Shown: positions 12,415-24,540 of the stretch, one piece after another
Layout: each line of letters starts with the position of its first letter
Numbering within the stretch: the first letter of the stretch is position 1
Assembly (NCBI RefSeq): GCF_021869535.1
Contig: NW_026262712.1
Span: 23,498,001-23,562,000, forward strand
From: Mytilus californianus
Taxonomy: Eukaryota
Length of the DNA stretch: 64,000 nucleotides
Direction: 5' to 3'
The notes under the pieces: model-generated
What the model saw: only the letters and a program-made list of their open reading frames with translations
Databases searched by the model: none
What the model was told of the DNA's origin: nothing
Position numbers and translations under genes: made by a program

Positions 12415-12445
<31 letters not shown>

Positions 12446-15400
12446 TTATTATTATTATTATAATTATTATATGTAGTGACAACGCCATGTCAAAAAATCG
12501 TTTACGTCATTTGCGAGACATGTTTACCACCGCAATGTCAACTGCTAATCAAGTCGTCGATTGTCATGGCAGAAAGATTCACGCCATGAATGAAATGCCA
12601 AAGAATCGACTACAGAAAAACGTTTTATCCTTAATCCGCATAATAGCTAAAACACACTACACTGTAATGGATGGGACAGAGACCAAATCAGAACTAAAAA
12701 CATGCCCAACAGAACTGGTTGACTTTTCTGTTAATCATCTAGGCGTTGGTAACTTGCCTTCGACGGTGACACATCCATTGATAAAAGGAAAACCAGGGTT
12801 TCAGTGCATATCACGTGATTTGAACAATAAACTTGGCGTATTCAATTCAACTTTCGAACTGCAAACTTTTTTTAGATAATGAAGTAATGAATGAAATTTG
12901 TGTTTATAAATTTATTTTACAAAAAATGCATATTTGAAAATAGGATTAAATAGAATAATCTAGTGTCTTTTTAGTGCGTTTTTATAATCCGTCAGTATAG
13001 TTCAACGAGCCAAAGTTGTATGCAAAATGTTACAAAAATCTGTGACATAGCCCATTTACTGTACATTGACTCTAAACTGTATTTCACAAAAGCACATTGA
13101 TGCTATTATATCTATTTCATGATCAAAATAATGCGTTCTATTATAGATTTCGAGTAGTATAAACAAATTCAAATACTGTACTTGTCTGACAGGGGTCCGT
13201 CGCCCTGATCTGTAAAGACTGTTTAACGAAGACTCCAGTATGACAAACATATTCCGGGGTAAAGCTAAGTATGTGTACTAATTTATTAAACTGACCAATA
13301 TAAAATTTCTAAGTTGGTACAAATCATATATGCCTAATGTATAATATATATAGTGATTCTGAAAATTTCCGTTCTCAATTTTATTCTGGCCTGGAATTCT
13401 TCATGGACAATTGGATTATTTATGTTTTTGGTGTTGTTTCACCTTAGAAAAGTTATTGAATCTTTGGGCTCAATGAAAGTCATTAAATTCAAACGAAGAT
13501 TTATTCCTACAAGTGATCCAAAACAATTTTTACTTATATATGCTGGTTAGCTATATCCGACGCCAAACTTATTTAGTAGCACATCTCTTTGAATCTTCTG
13601 CTTATCCACTACTTTTGTCTGGATCAGTAACTGACACAATTTAGACTTAAACGTTTTGGAAAACAAAAGGCTTTGACGCATCAATAAAAAAGGTCTTTAT
13701 TGATAGCCTATACTTAATTTTGATAAACTTTGCTATCAAGACATAGCCTATCTTCTTTTTTTCAATTGAGTATTACTTTTAGTATAATATATTTATGCAA
13801 TAATTAATGAACGTGTGATTTCTATTAAAAAGAATTTCAAACTTTACTTACAAAATACTTCTCCATGCTTCCAACAAAGCAGGATACCACAAACAGTGAA
13901 TATTCCTTTTATACTCCTGTGACATATTGCTTGCTTATCCCTTTATTGTACATGCATGTGTAACAGTGTTATGTGGTCGATGACTTATAATTTAATCATA
14001 ATTTTCCATTCCTCTTGAAAGAGTTTTTTTGTACTTTGAAATGCATAAATTTGTAAATAACAAAACAAAAACTGTTACCTCTAAGCTTTTTTAATAGAAA
14101 TAGTCGTGCAATATTTGATATGAATACTAAGCTTATTAGTTGTATTATAAAAATCGCTTCAACTAGATTCATAATATTTAAGTTACGACATAGTTAAGTA
14201 AACAAATTTATTAAAAGATGTGTGCTTTTTAAATGAAACCTAATTGTTTTTTGAACGAACATGATACCACTTTAAAGGAAATTTTAAGAATACCGTTGGA
14301 TCGATAACTAACTTTTGCTGGTAGACAGCCTTTTCCATAGGGAGTCTTCTAGCGAATCTTTTAAGTTAATGCTTTGGTAGTTATTACATACAAAGACTAA
14401 AGAAAAATCAGCTTAACAGCAGTCAATGCTTGGGCAATAACTATACTATAGTATACAAAATTGATGAGGGTCTTATTAGTGTCTGGTTTGTTAATTTTGT
14501 TCCCTTTCCGAAGGAGGATGTTGAACGTATTGTAAAAAGTACCTAGAAATAAATACAGATCCCACAGTGCAATTTATTTTAATTTTAGATTCACAATTGA
14601 TGCCTTAGACATTCCTGTGCAGAGAAATAAAGGGCAACGAATTGTTTGGGTTTTATACTACTATGCTTTATTTGTTTAGTATGTTCAATTGGATTGTAAT
14701 ATTGTTGCGTAATTGCTATATTCGGCTAAATAATGTAATTTTGCAAATGCTATATATATGTAATATGAAAATTAAGCGATGTTCCTATACTAATTTTACT
14801 TGACCAGGTTAGGCTTGAACAACTATGTAATTTAAAGGCATTCTATCGAAAAGATAAACACGTGATCCTAATGTCTATGTATTCAAGAATATGACCCAGC
14901 AAATGTTTTACAACATCTAAGTAGTGGCTCAGTTTTAACAAACCCTTTTTAAATTAACGTGCATCAATTGTGAAGAAGTTTAGCCATGCCCGATCGGGCT
15001 AACTTTATACAGATACCTATCGTTTAGCCAAAGTCTAAAGGGTGAAAATGTAAACATCTACAGATGTCTCAAAATTGAGCAAAGAGTCAGCCTTTTACAG
15101 GTTTCCAAAATTCGATAGTAATTGACCGTCTGGCGTACTAAATTATAAGCCGGGTATCTTTGGTGAGATTTTACCGATGTTGCAATCACTAAAGCAAAAC
15201 CAAGATATCAACAATAAACTGATAGTAACCCATGAACCCCAAAAGGAGAGTGACCGAGTGTGTCGACAGTGTAAGCGTCTCCCATTTGGTTTCAATGGCT
15301 GTTCCAGACACTTATTTATATATTTGAAAGTCAAAATTGAATGAATTATTCTTCAGGATGAATTTTATTCCTTCAATTAAGATGTTTTCTCCTTTTGGTC

Positions 15401-15989
15401 ATGGAATTCTCTATAAAATATAATTCATAATGAGTCATAATTATCCCAACCAAAAGTCTGTATGAATTCTAATATTTAACAAATTATTTTGAAAATTATC
15501 TGAAAAAGAAATATACTGGCATGTGAACGTCGGTCGTTCTTGATATAGCGTATTCGTACCTTTATATCTTGCGCGCACTTTATTGTATTAATGTAGTCAT
15601 AAATTGTTTGTTTTTTTGTTTTTTGTTTTTTTTTTAATGTCTAAATTATTTTGAAGTTGAATCCAGGAACAGATCAAATACTGTGTAGTTATATTAATTT
15701 TTTTTCCATGCAACGTTTTGATCAATGCACTTTCTCCTGTTGCTCTAAAAATGGGGACTACTACTGAATAAAACAACTTTTACATTAGTCTTTGATACAC
15801 TGCCAAGAAATTAGTTTGCAAATTTCAATTACAGTGTACCCGGTATTCAAATTTAACTTTAGTATGGCCTTTCACTTTTACTTACATAAATTACTCATGT
15901 CAATTTAAGATACTCTATGATTAGATAATATGTTTCTTTGCTTTCCTTTATCTTAAGTATATAAATTACATGCGCAACTCTTTTGCAAA

Positions 15990-16215
15990 ATGTAAAAAAA
16001 AACAAAAACAACACCTAATAAATTCCATGCGTTTGAAGCGCTTTTCTTGATTTACCTTCATCAGGAACGATCAATGTAAAATATTTGAAAGCCAGGGATA
16101 TATATAAGAACCTAAACAGTTTAAGAGCTTTATAATCAAAATGGACATAGAAATAACAGCCATCTAAGGTCAACTTTGCCTGAGGGAGTTGAAACCTTAG
16201 TTTCTTATCAATTTC
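15990..16215 (-). repeat. Dispersed repeat with a minimal hammerhead-like motif (core intact, stems decayed)
   Basis: Minus strand: cgttc-CTGATGA-aggtaaatcaa-GAAA-agcgct-TC-aaacgc (about 16070-16028); palindromic AAGCGCTT in stem III. Confidence 0.55.
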
Positions 16216-16615
16216 GAAATGTATAAACGGACAAATTTAGACAGGTTTGTTATAAATCATGTCACACAGGTATAAACCAGAACATCATTTTATATCATTA
16301 ATAACACATTTCAAGACAGTAAGGAAATGTTATGATTTCCATAAGTTATATATTCATATCTTTAATCCTATTTGTTCTAAATACTTAAGCAGCTCATTCA
16401 ACATCAATTTCCTTATTTTTATTAAGTTTGACGCAACTATAATCTATTCTAGCTTTTTGACATACAATATGTATTTATATGTACAAACATTTATATACAC
16501 ATGTTACAAGCAGTATATAAAAGGTTTTGGAAAATCTTGAGACTTTCATTGGATTTTCTTCGCCCAGTTACCTTAGCCGTATTTAGCTAAACTTTTGGTT
16601 ATTTTTAGTTCTTAA

Positions 16616-17204
16616 GGACATACGATACAGTTTTGGTCCCATGTTGATTTTTTGAAAAAAAATTTGCATAGAAGCTATTTCTCCCCTAGTGAATTCAAAT
16701 ATGTTATAAAAAATATACTGCATGTGCTACTTTTAGAGATAAATTGGGTCGAAATTTTAAACATTTACTCAAAGTTTCGATTTCTTGGACATTTCTATCC
16801 TTTGGAAAGACATACCTAACTTTTTTTGTTTCAAAAGATAAACAGAAACGGTTTTTTGTAAAAACTTTTGAAAAATCTTCTTTACATAAGTATGATCTAA
16901 ATTTTGGAAATTATTGATTTTATCAAATGTTCATGATTTAAAAAAAAAACGCATTTTTTGCTGATTATTCATCTAATTTAAAAAAAACCATCGGTGATTT
17001 GTTCATAAAAATTGGAACAAATAATCTTCATACAAAATCAAGCCAAATATCATTTTAAAAGAGAGGGTCTATGAACTTGTTTTCACGCTATTAAATTGAT
17101 TCAAATTAGTCGAAAAATGCATCTTTTCCAAATATTTCACAGTTTTTTCGTCGTGAAAAGTAACATTTTACGTTAGCAACGTCCTGTAACTGTATCGTAT
17201 GCCC
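16616..17204. mobile_element. Non-autonomous DNA transposon with TTAA TSD (Kolobok-type MITE)
   Basis: TTAA|ggacatacgatacagtt ... aactgtatcgtatgccc|TTAA (TSD 16612-15 and 17205-08). Confidence 0.8.
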
Positions 17205-17389
17205 TTAATGCTCTCCAACTTCATACTTGATTTGAGCGTCACTGATCAGTCTGATGTAGACGAAGAGTGCGTATGGCATAACAATTAATTAGCCTTGTAG
17301 CTTTGATAAGTTTTGTTATACCCATTGCAAGCAAAGTGGGACGACTTTTCTTTTGACTATTGTTAACAATCCTTTATACTGTCATACAC

Positions 17390-17780
17390 GTGAGAGGTTT
17401 AGCAAGCTATAAAACCAGGTTTAATCCGCCATTTTCTACATAAGGAAATGCCTGTACCAAGTCAGGAATATGACAGTTGTTTTCCATTCGTTTGATGTGT
17501 TTGAACCTTTGATTTTGCCATTTGATAAGGGACTTTCCGAATTGAATTTTCCTTGGAGTTCGGTATTTTTGTTATTTTACTTTTTAGGTTAAGCTATCTA
17601 TAAAACCAGGTTTACTCCACAATTTTCTACATAAGGAAATGCCTGTACCAAGTCAGGAATATGACAGTTGTTTTCCATTCGTTTGATGTGTTAGAGCTTT
17701 CGATTTTGCCTTTTTATAAAGGACTTTCCGTTTTGAATTTCCCCTGGAGTTCGATATTTTTGTTATTTTACTTTTTACTT
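17390..17780 (+). repeat. Tandem duplication (about 190 bp x2) of a dispersed repeat
   Basis: ctataaaaccaggttt...ttctacataaggaaatgcctgtaccaagtcaggaatatgacagttg...gttattttactttt occurs twice. Confidence 0.85.
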
Positions 17781-18164
17781 GATTGGAATATTCCGCTATC
17801 CTGCCTTTAATATAGATATTGAAAATAATCAAGCACATTTATCTTTTTAGGGCGTAACACTTACTTAAAATTCAGTCAAAGACCTTTTGTACTATTGGCA
17901 CAATACCAATTTGCAGGGATATTTTCTATAGCTGAAAACCGAGAGAAGCCTTAATCTTCAAATCAAATGGATTGATTGGTATCTAACGTTCAGTTGCAAA
18001 TGTTACATGTCAGGACGAGAATGTGCTGATGATATGAATATGAACATAAACTCCGCCTTGTACTAGACTGACATATTAAGCCGGATTTTTAACGTGCTAT
18101 TTAACAAGTTAAGAGTCAACAGGAAAACGTGTCACAATACCCGGAAATACTATTTGGTCTCCAG

Positions 18165-18270
18165 AAGTCGGTTTAAAAAAAAAACTTACGACTAAAATAA
18201 ATCGTAAGTCATGAACAATTCAGTATACTTACTATTAAACTTGGTCGTAAGTTTTTTGTGAAACCGACTC
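18165..18270. mobile_element. 106-bp PIF/Harbinger-type MITE with CAG TSD
   Basis: CAG|aagtcggtttaaaaaaaaaacttacgac ... gtcgtaagttttttgtgaaaccgactc|CAG. Confidence 0.65.
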
Positions 18271-19010
18271 CAGGCAGACAAGTAATTGGTCTTACTCTTA
18301 AATTAAGTGTGCTGAGCAGAGTCGCAGCAAATATAAATTTATCCCCGAGACGATTATGATTAAATGAAAGCTGGTTTCCATCATCTTAAAAATAGTGTAA
18401 AAACCGATTGAGATTCTATCGATTCAAACTCACGAGCTTTCAGACGAAAAAGACACTGACATAGATTTGTAATACATGGTATTAGTAACCACATAAGAAA
18501 TAATCAATAAATGAAAACTGAAAAAAAACGTAATTTAATAAACCATACAAAAATTAACAAAGCGACTAATAAAAGACATGTGTTGAAGTATGCTAGATCA
18601 GGAAACAAATGAAACTATTCAACAATATTTGAAAACATCGACTATATTAATTCAATGTCCTCTTACTGCAAGACGACGATCCAGACTTAAATCCACGTCC
18701 AGTCTGTTTTTGTTAGATATGTTTCTGCTTTGTATCGATCTGCTGAGTAAAGCCCTTTTCAAAAGATTTTTATATTTAATTTGTTCTTATGTTGTGATGT
18801 AACGCCACTGTCCCAGGGAAGGGTTGAGCGTTCATAAACATTCGTTATGTGCCTGTCCAAAGTCAGGAGCCTGTATTTCAGTGGTTGTCGATGGTTCATG
18901 TCTGTCATATTTGTTTTTCGCAATTGTTGAAAAAAAGCAGATACATGGTGTAAGAGTTGAAGCTTATAGTGTTTGTATACTACCTTTACATTTCAATCAT
19001 ATTCAGTAAA

Positions 19011-19308
19011 GCACTGAGCATGGTTTACTTCTGGTATTAACCACTGAGCTTGGTTTACTTCTGGTATTAAGCACTGAGCATGGTTTACTTCTGGTATTAA
19101 CCACTGAGCTTGGTTTCCTTCTGGTATTAAGCACTGAGCATGGTTTACTTCTGGTATTAAGCACTGAGCATGGTTTACTTCTGGTATTAAGCACTGAGCA
19201 TTGTTTACTTCTGGTATTAAGCACTGAGCATGGTTTACTTCTGGTATTAAGCACTGAGCATGGTTTACTTCTGGAATTAAGTTCTGAGCATGGTTTACTT
19301 CTGGTATT
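19011..19308. repeat. 30-bp minisatellite, about 10 copies
   Basis: Unit gcactgagcatggtttacttctggtattaa. Confidence 0.97.
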
Positions 19309-19314
19309 CCCACA

Positions 19315-20230
19315 TTCTATCAAATCTATTGTACTGAACTATTCTTCCGAAATATGGGGTTTTCACCGCGCCAACGACATAGAGATTATTCATAACCGTT
19401 TTTGTAGGTTAGTTTTAAAATTAGTTTTCTGTGTGGTGCGCTTGGTCATCTACCTATGTTTGTTTTGAGAAAACAATTAATCTGAAAGTATTGGTTACGT
19501 ATTGTTATATATAAACCAGCTTTTGTATATGATGTATATAATATTTTATATGACGATGCAAATCAAGGTAAAATTAATTGGGCATCTAATGTGCGTGATT
19601 TTTTATTTAGTCTTGGAATGAACCGTATTTGGATTGACCAAAATAATATTAATATATCTTTTGATGTTATAAAGACACGCATTAAAGACCAATATCTACA
19701 AAAATGGTCAGCAGATATATGTGACTGTGAGAAATTAAGTGTATATAGCAGTATAAAGTTTGATTTTTGTCTTGAGAATTATTTAAGCTACATTAATAAT
19801 GTTCACATTCTTACGAAACTACGAAATGGTACATTGAAACTAAATGTTGAAGTTGGTCGCTTCTCTGATATACCAAGAGAAATGCGTTTATGTGTATGTT
19901 GTAAAATGCAATTAGTTGAGAATGAATTCCATTTTGTATTGGTATGTCCAGCATATAGGGCAATCAGAAATATTTTTCTGCCACGCTATTATTGTTCATG
20001 GCCTAATATTTTTAAACTATCTTGTTTGTTGAAAGCTAATTCTAGATCGCTTACAATTAAGATCTGTAACTATTTGAAGAATGCATGGAAAGCTAGATCT
20101 GATATTATTGGTTAGTTATGTTATTATTGTATTGTTCTCTGTTATCAGTCTTTTTTCACATTGTGTATATATTATGTATTGCCATAGCATGTTCTGTATG
20201 CTTTTGCAAATAAAATATTCATTCATATAC
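19315..20230 (+). mobile_element. 3' end of an L2/CR1-group LINE (C-terminal ORF2 plus 3'UTR)
   Basis: LNYSSEIWGF...IHNRFCRLVL...LGHLP...KYWLR; ORF 19591..20115 with LTKLRNG...VEVGRF...CVCC...ENEFHFVLVCPAY; ends aataaaatattcattcat. Confidence 0.85.
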
Positions 20231-22889
20231 AATTTCTTAATTAGTCAAAGAAACTAATACAAAGGGCTTACATTAATACTAGAATAGTTCTGCTAGTTTA
20301 GTTAAATTACAATCTACTTTTTTACAATTAACCGGGTACATAATTGTTGATGAATGATATGCATGATTATATGATTGTAAATGACCGTTAATACATTAGA
20401 TAATAATTTTAATAAGGTTTACAACCCTCTCGGGCAAAAATAACCTTAGATACATTTTGTTATTCTCTTTTGGCCTCTAACATTATTGTTTTCATATGCA
20501 CACATCATTTTTTTAATGTCTTTCTAAAGATCTCACAATTTACAGCATTTTTCTTTTTCATGTTTTTGTATTTTATTGATGAGAGAACTTCCTTTTTGGC
20601 AGTCGACTTTACTAACTTATAGGTTGCACTTAGTAAATACAGCTGTTTCACAAGCCACGCCTCTTTTGGGGAGATATATAGTATTCATAGATATTTTGTT
20701 TTGTTTATGTACTGGTTCCCAGATATGATCTCTATGTTTCATGTCATAGAGAAATTAACTTGGGAATGTTACCAGTATAAAAATACATGGTAGCGGTGAT
20801 AATTGAATTCTCAGAAAGACCCAAAGTGAAGGTAGGGGTAGTACAGAATTTTAGTTTAAGTTTTAACTCTCAGAAGTTCGGGGTATATAAACGTTGAAAA
20901 TATGCCGCACAGCCCTATGTTTTGGCCTCTGAATAAAAAAGTAGTGCATATCAAGTTTCCATTCTAGGATATAATTGTTTACGAAACTTCATAGTAAAAG
21001 TGGCACAGCTTTAGTCGCAAAGGGAGTTCCTATGGGAAATTGCATTGTCTATATTTACAGAAGTGCAACGTATACGTTGACAACAACAGTCGCAGGAAAG
21101 ACATAGTGTTATGTAGAAAACTATTATAGTTTCTATCGCAATGACTTCAAAAAGTATAGCCATCATTGATTTTCCCCTATTAGTCTTTGTTAAATTTGCA
21201 CTTTTCAAAAAATTGTGCAAAATTTATCTTTCGTTTCAAATAAAGAAATACTTGGCATGAGTAAAGTTTTATCCTGTCCAGTACTATAGACAAAATTTCA
21301 CATAACATTTCATTGCATATAAGAAAATAACCATCACTGGAAGTTAACAAATCAAATGTTCACCCCTTTTTTTCCTGTGTACAAGCTTTAGTAACCATGT
21401 AACCTCAAGTTTCCAAAATATTCTATAGAAACACCAAATAAAAAAATTATGGTGCTTTGAAAGACCCAAGATATAAGTTTATTACTCAGAATGTTTTACT
21501 GCAATGAAATGTAGGATTAATTTCCTACAACTGTCAAATTCAAGGGAATATTTTTTTTTCGACCCCTTTTCGTATGCAACCGGATGTGAAGTACTATGAT
21601 TTGGTGGTATTACACCTCTATCTACAGGTTTCAAGTGGTCAAAAGAAAAAAAAGAAAATATTATCGTAAACTTTAAAAAAAATAGAGAAAAACCATTGCC
21701 GGCAAATTATAACAACAAAAGGACATGCATCATGCCACAAAATACGGAAATGAGAAAAATACGACTCCCAAATAGTGTGCATTTGTATAGCTAGCTACCT
21801 AGATCTTTTGCGACATCGGGAAATGATAAAACATAGAAATGAAAGGAAACTGAAAGAATTGCGACGAAAGGAGTATATATATGCAAAAAGTAGGGAATAT
21901 AAATTCAATATATAATTTATTAAAAAAAATATGTGTAAATTTTGAAATTATTATATGCATTCATTGATGCGAACTGCAGGCAAACGGAAAATTTTTATTA
22001 ATGACCATGAACGACTTACAACTCCTGTACAAATGAATATTCAATTAAAAAAACATATATACGACCACTTTAAGTTTCATTTGTAAAAATTATGCATTAT
22101 TTTACAGTTAATTGAGCTCATCAAATATAAGCTTGAACGCTTCAAACGTTCTTTGAAATCGTCAAAATCGCCTTATAATAAGGAATGTCGTGTAACACTC
22201 ACTAGTATCAACATCGTGTGCAACGTCTTTACGAATTTTGTCGTTAGAGGCGACTTTGACGCAGTTGTCGCAACATTCTTACATTCTTTTCTGAGGAGAC
22301 TTACCCATGTATTTTAATTATTTGTGTGGTTGCTGTCTCATTGACAATTCCACACTTCTCCTTACACTCATTCATTTTGTAATATTATATGTTTAATATT
22401 TTGTAATATTATATGTTTAATATTTTGTAATATTATATGTTTAATATTTATATAATTATGTAACAGTAACCTGTGCAGTAAATTCGTCTGTTGCTATATT
22501 TATTGTTTGAAATTTGTCTGCACCATTTCACCCCTTCCCAAGGAAAAATGAAAAAAAGCTTGACTTCTAAAAATAACAATAATTACTCATTTGCCAGATA
22601 AGACGATTTATTAAGAGACCTACAGTTGGCCATGTATTCTCACGTTTTTTATGTCAATTGTGGTATCAATGTTATGCTATTGTAATAAGATTTTATATGT
22701 TTACACAATTCGTTTGTCCTTAGGAAATATTGAATAAACTTCAAACAAACTGTCTATTATATATTGAATAATAAGCTATACGATCTTTTGTGAAATATTG
22801 ATATTTTGCCTTGTATTTTACCTTTTCGAATATGACAAACGCTATTAAAAGATGTTTTTGCAGTTTGATAATATAAATAAATGTGGATA

Positions 22890-24230
22890 GTGTCCACATG
22901 TGGACACAGATGATGCCCCCGCTTGCATATCATATAGTTATAAATGGACATAACTGAAGAACGGTAAAAATGATGCTACCCAAATTTGAACTTGATCTGA
23001 GTTTTGTGGTAATAAGCATTGCGTGTATGTCTCATAACATTTGGTTGAGGCTAACTTAAGAAGAGAACAGAAACTAAAAATTCAGCAATTTTTTCTATTT
23101 GTAAACACGCATAACTCTAGAACGGTTGTGTATAAGTTTTATAACATTTGATTGAGACAAACTAAAGTTAGAGAACGGAAACGAAAAATTCAGCAATTTT
23201 TATGTTTATAAAGGGACAAAACTCAAGAATGGTAAAAGTGAAATTTCGCACTTAATCTGTATTATGTAGTAATAAGCATTGTGTGTAAGTTTCATAACAT
23301 TTGGTTGAGGCAAACTAAAGTTAAAATACGGAAACAAAAAAATTGTACTTGATCTTAATTTTGTAGTAATGAATATTGTGTATTATAGGTTTCATAATGT
23401 TTGGTTGGGGCAAACTTAGGTTACAGAATGGAAACTAAAAATTTTGCAATCTTTCGATTTATAAAGGGGCATAACTCAATAATGGTTAAAGTGACACTAT
23501 CCAAATTCAACTTCATCTGTGTTTTATCAGTGGAAGTCAAAATTAAACATTGCATTGTATAAAGCATTGATTGTAGTTGATTCAACTATATGATTCAACT
23601 ATAATCATGGACAAAGGAAGATAACTCCAATTTAAAAAATTACTTGATATTTAGAAGAAAATAAAAATTTTGCAATTTTTCCATTTATAAAGGAACATAA
23701 CTCTAGAACGGTTAAAGTGACGCCATCAAAATTCAAACTTGATCTGTGTTTTGTTGTAATAAGCATTGTGTATAAGTTTCATAACATTTAGTTGAGGCAA
23801 ACTTAAGTTAGAGAACGGAAACTAAAAACTTTGCAATTTTTCCATTTATAAAGGAACATAACTCTAGAACTGTTAAAGTGACGCCACCAAAATTCAAACT
23901 TGATCTGTGTTTTGTAGTAATAAGCATTGTGTAAAAGTTTAATAACATTTGGTTGAGGCAAACTTAAGTTAGAGAACGGAAACTAAAATTTTTGCAATTT
24001 TTCCATTTATAAAGGGGCATAACTCTAGAACGGTTAAAGTGACGCCACCAAAATTCAAACTTGATCTGTGTTTTGTAGTAATAAGCATTGAATATAAGTT
24101 TCATAACATTTGGTTGAGGCAAACTCAAGTTAGAGAACGGAAACCAATTTTGGGACGTACGTACGTACGTTACGTACAGACGGACACGGGTAAAACCTAA
24201 TGCACTCACCGCTACGGCGGTGGCATAAAA
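22890..24230 (+). mobile_element. HINE/Helentron-like non-autonomous element with internal 161-bp tandem repeats
   Basis: Units start at 23696, 23857 and 24018 (161-bp spacing); (ACGT)n microsatellite at about 24155-24178; terminal hairpin caccgc-tacg-gcggtg followed by an A tract. Confidence 0.8.
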
Positions 24231-24540
24231 ATGGGAAGAAATATTTGGAATGGGAATAAAATTGAATTTCGTCCTTTCTACAAAGCTGCGTGAAAAGGTG
24301 GTAGATGAACTTGATCAAATGTTAAACAAGGCAAACATTTCAACTTCAAATACGTAACAATTCAGGAATTTAAACTTTTTAAGTATTTTATATTTTAAAT
24401 ATTGCTTGATTATCGATAAAAGAAAAGTATACGAATATTTGTAAATATTTTTGTTGCATAGAGTTTTTGTATAAAATGTATTTGGAGACAACGGAACTTC
24501 ACCTATGGTAAGACTTACTCTCGATATATATATCTGCAAA

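Noticed and set aside
12487-12879. 130-aa ORF
   Set aside because: No recognisable domain. It lies in a stretch ending in a transposon terminus (13000-13075), so it is probably non-coding element interior.
13180-13270. Possible minus-strand exon (FTPEYVCHTGVFVKQSLQIRATDPCQT)
   Set aside because: Splice-like sites are present but no consistent partner exons were found.
18993-19323. 106-aa ORFs with IPEVNHAQCL / NTRSKPCSVL decapeptide repeats
   Set aside because: A 30-bp unit is open in several frames by chance. No convincing splice sites or non-repeat coding context; it abuts a LINE fragment.
24501-24512. ATG|gtaaga as first exon of dispanin paralog 1
   Set aside because: Phase 0 is incompatible with the phase-1 exon at 26274. 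ATGG|gtgagt at 24541 fits and resembles the paralog-2 context.
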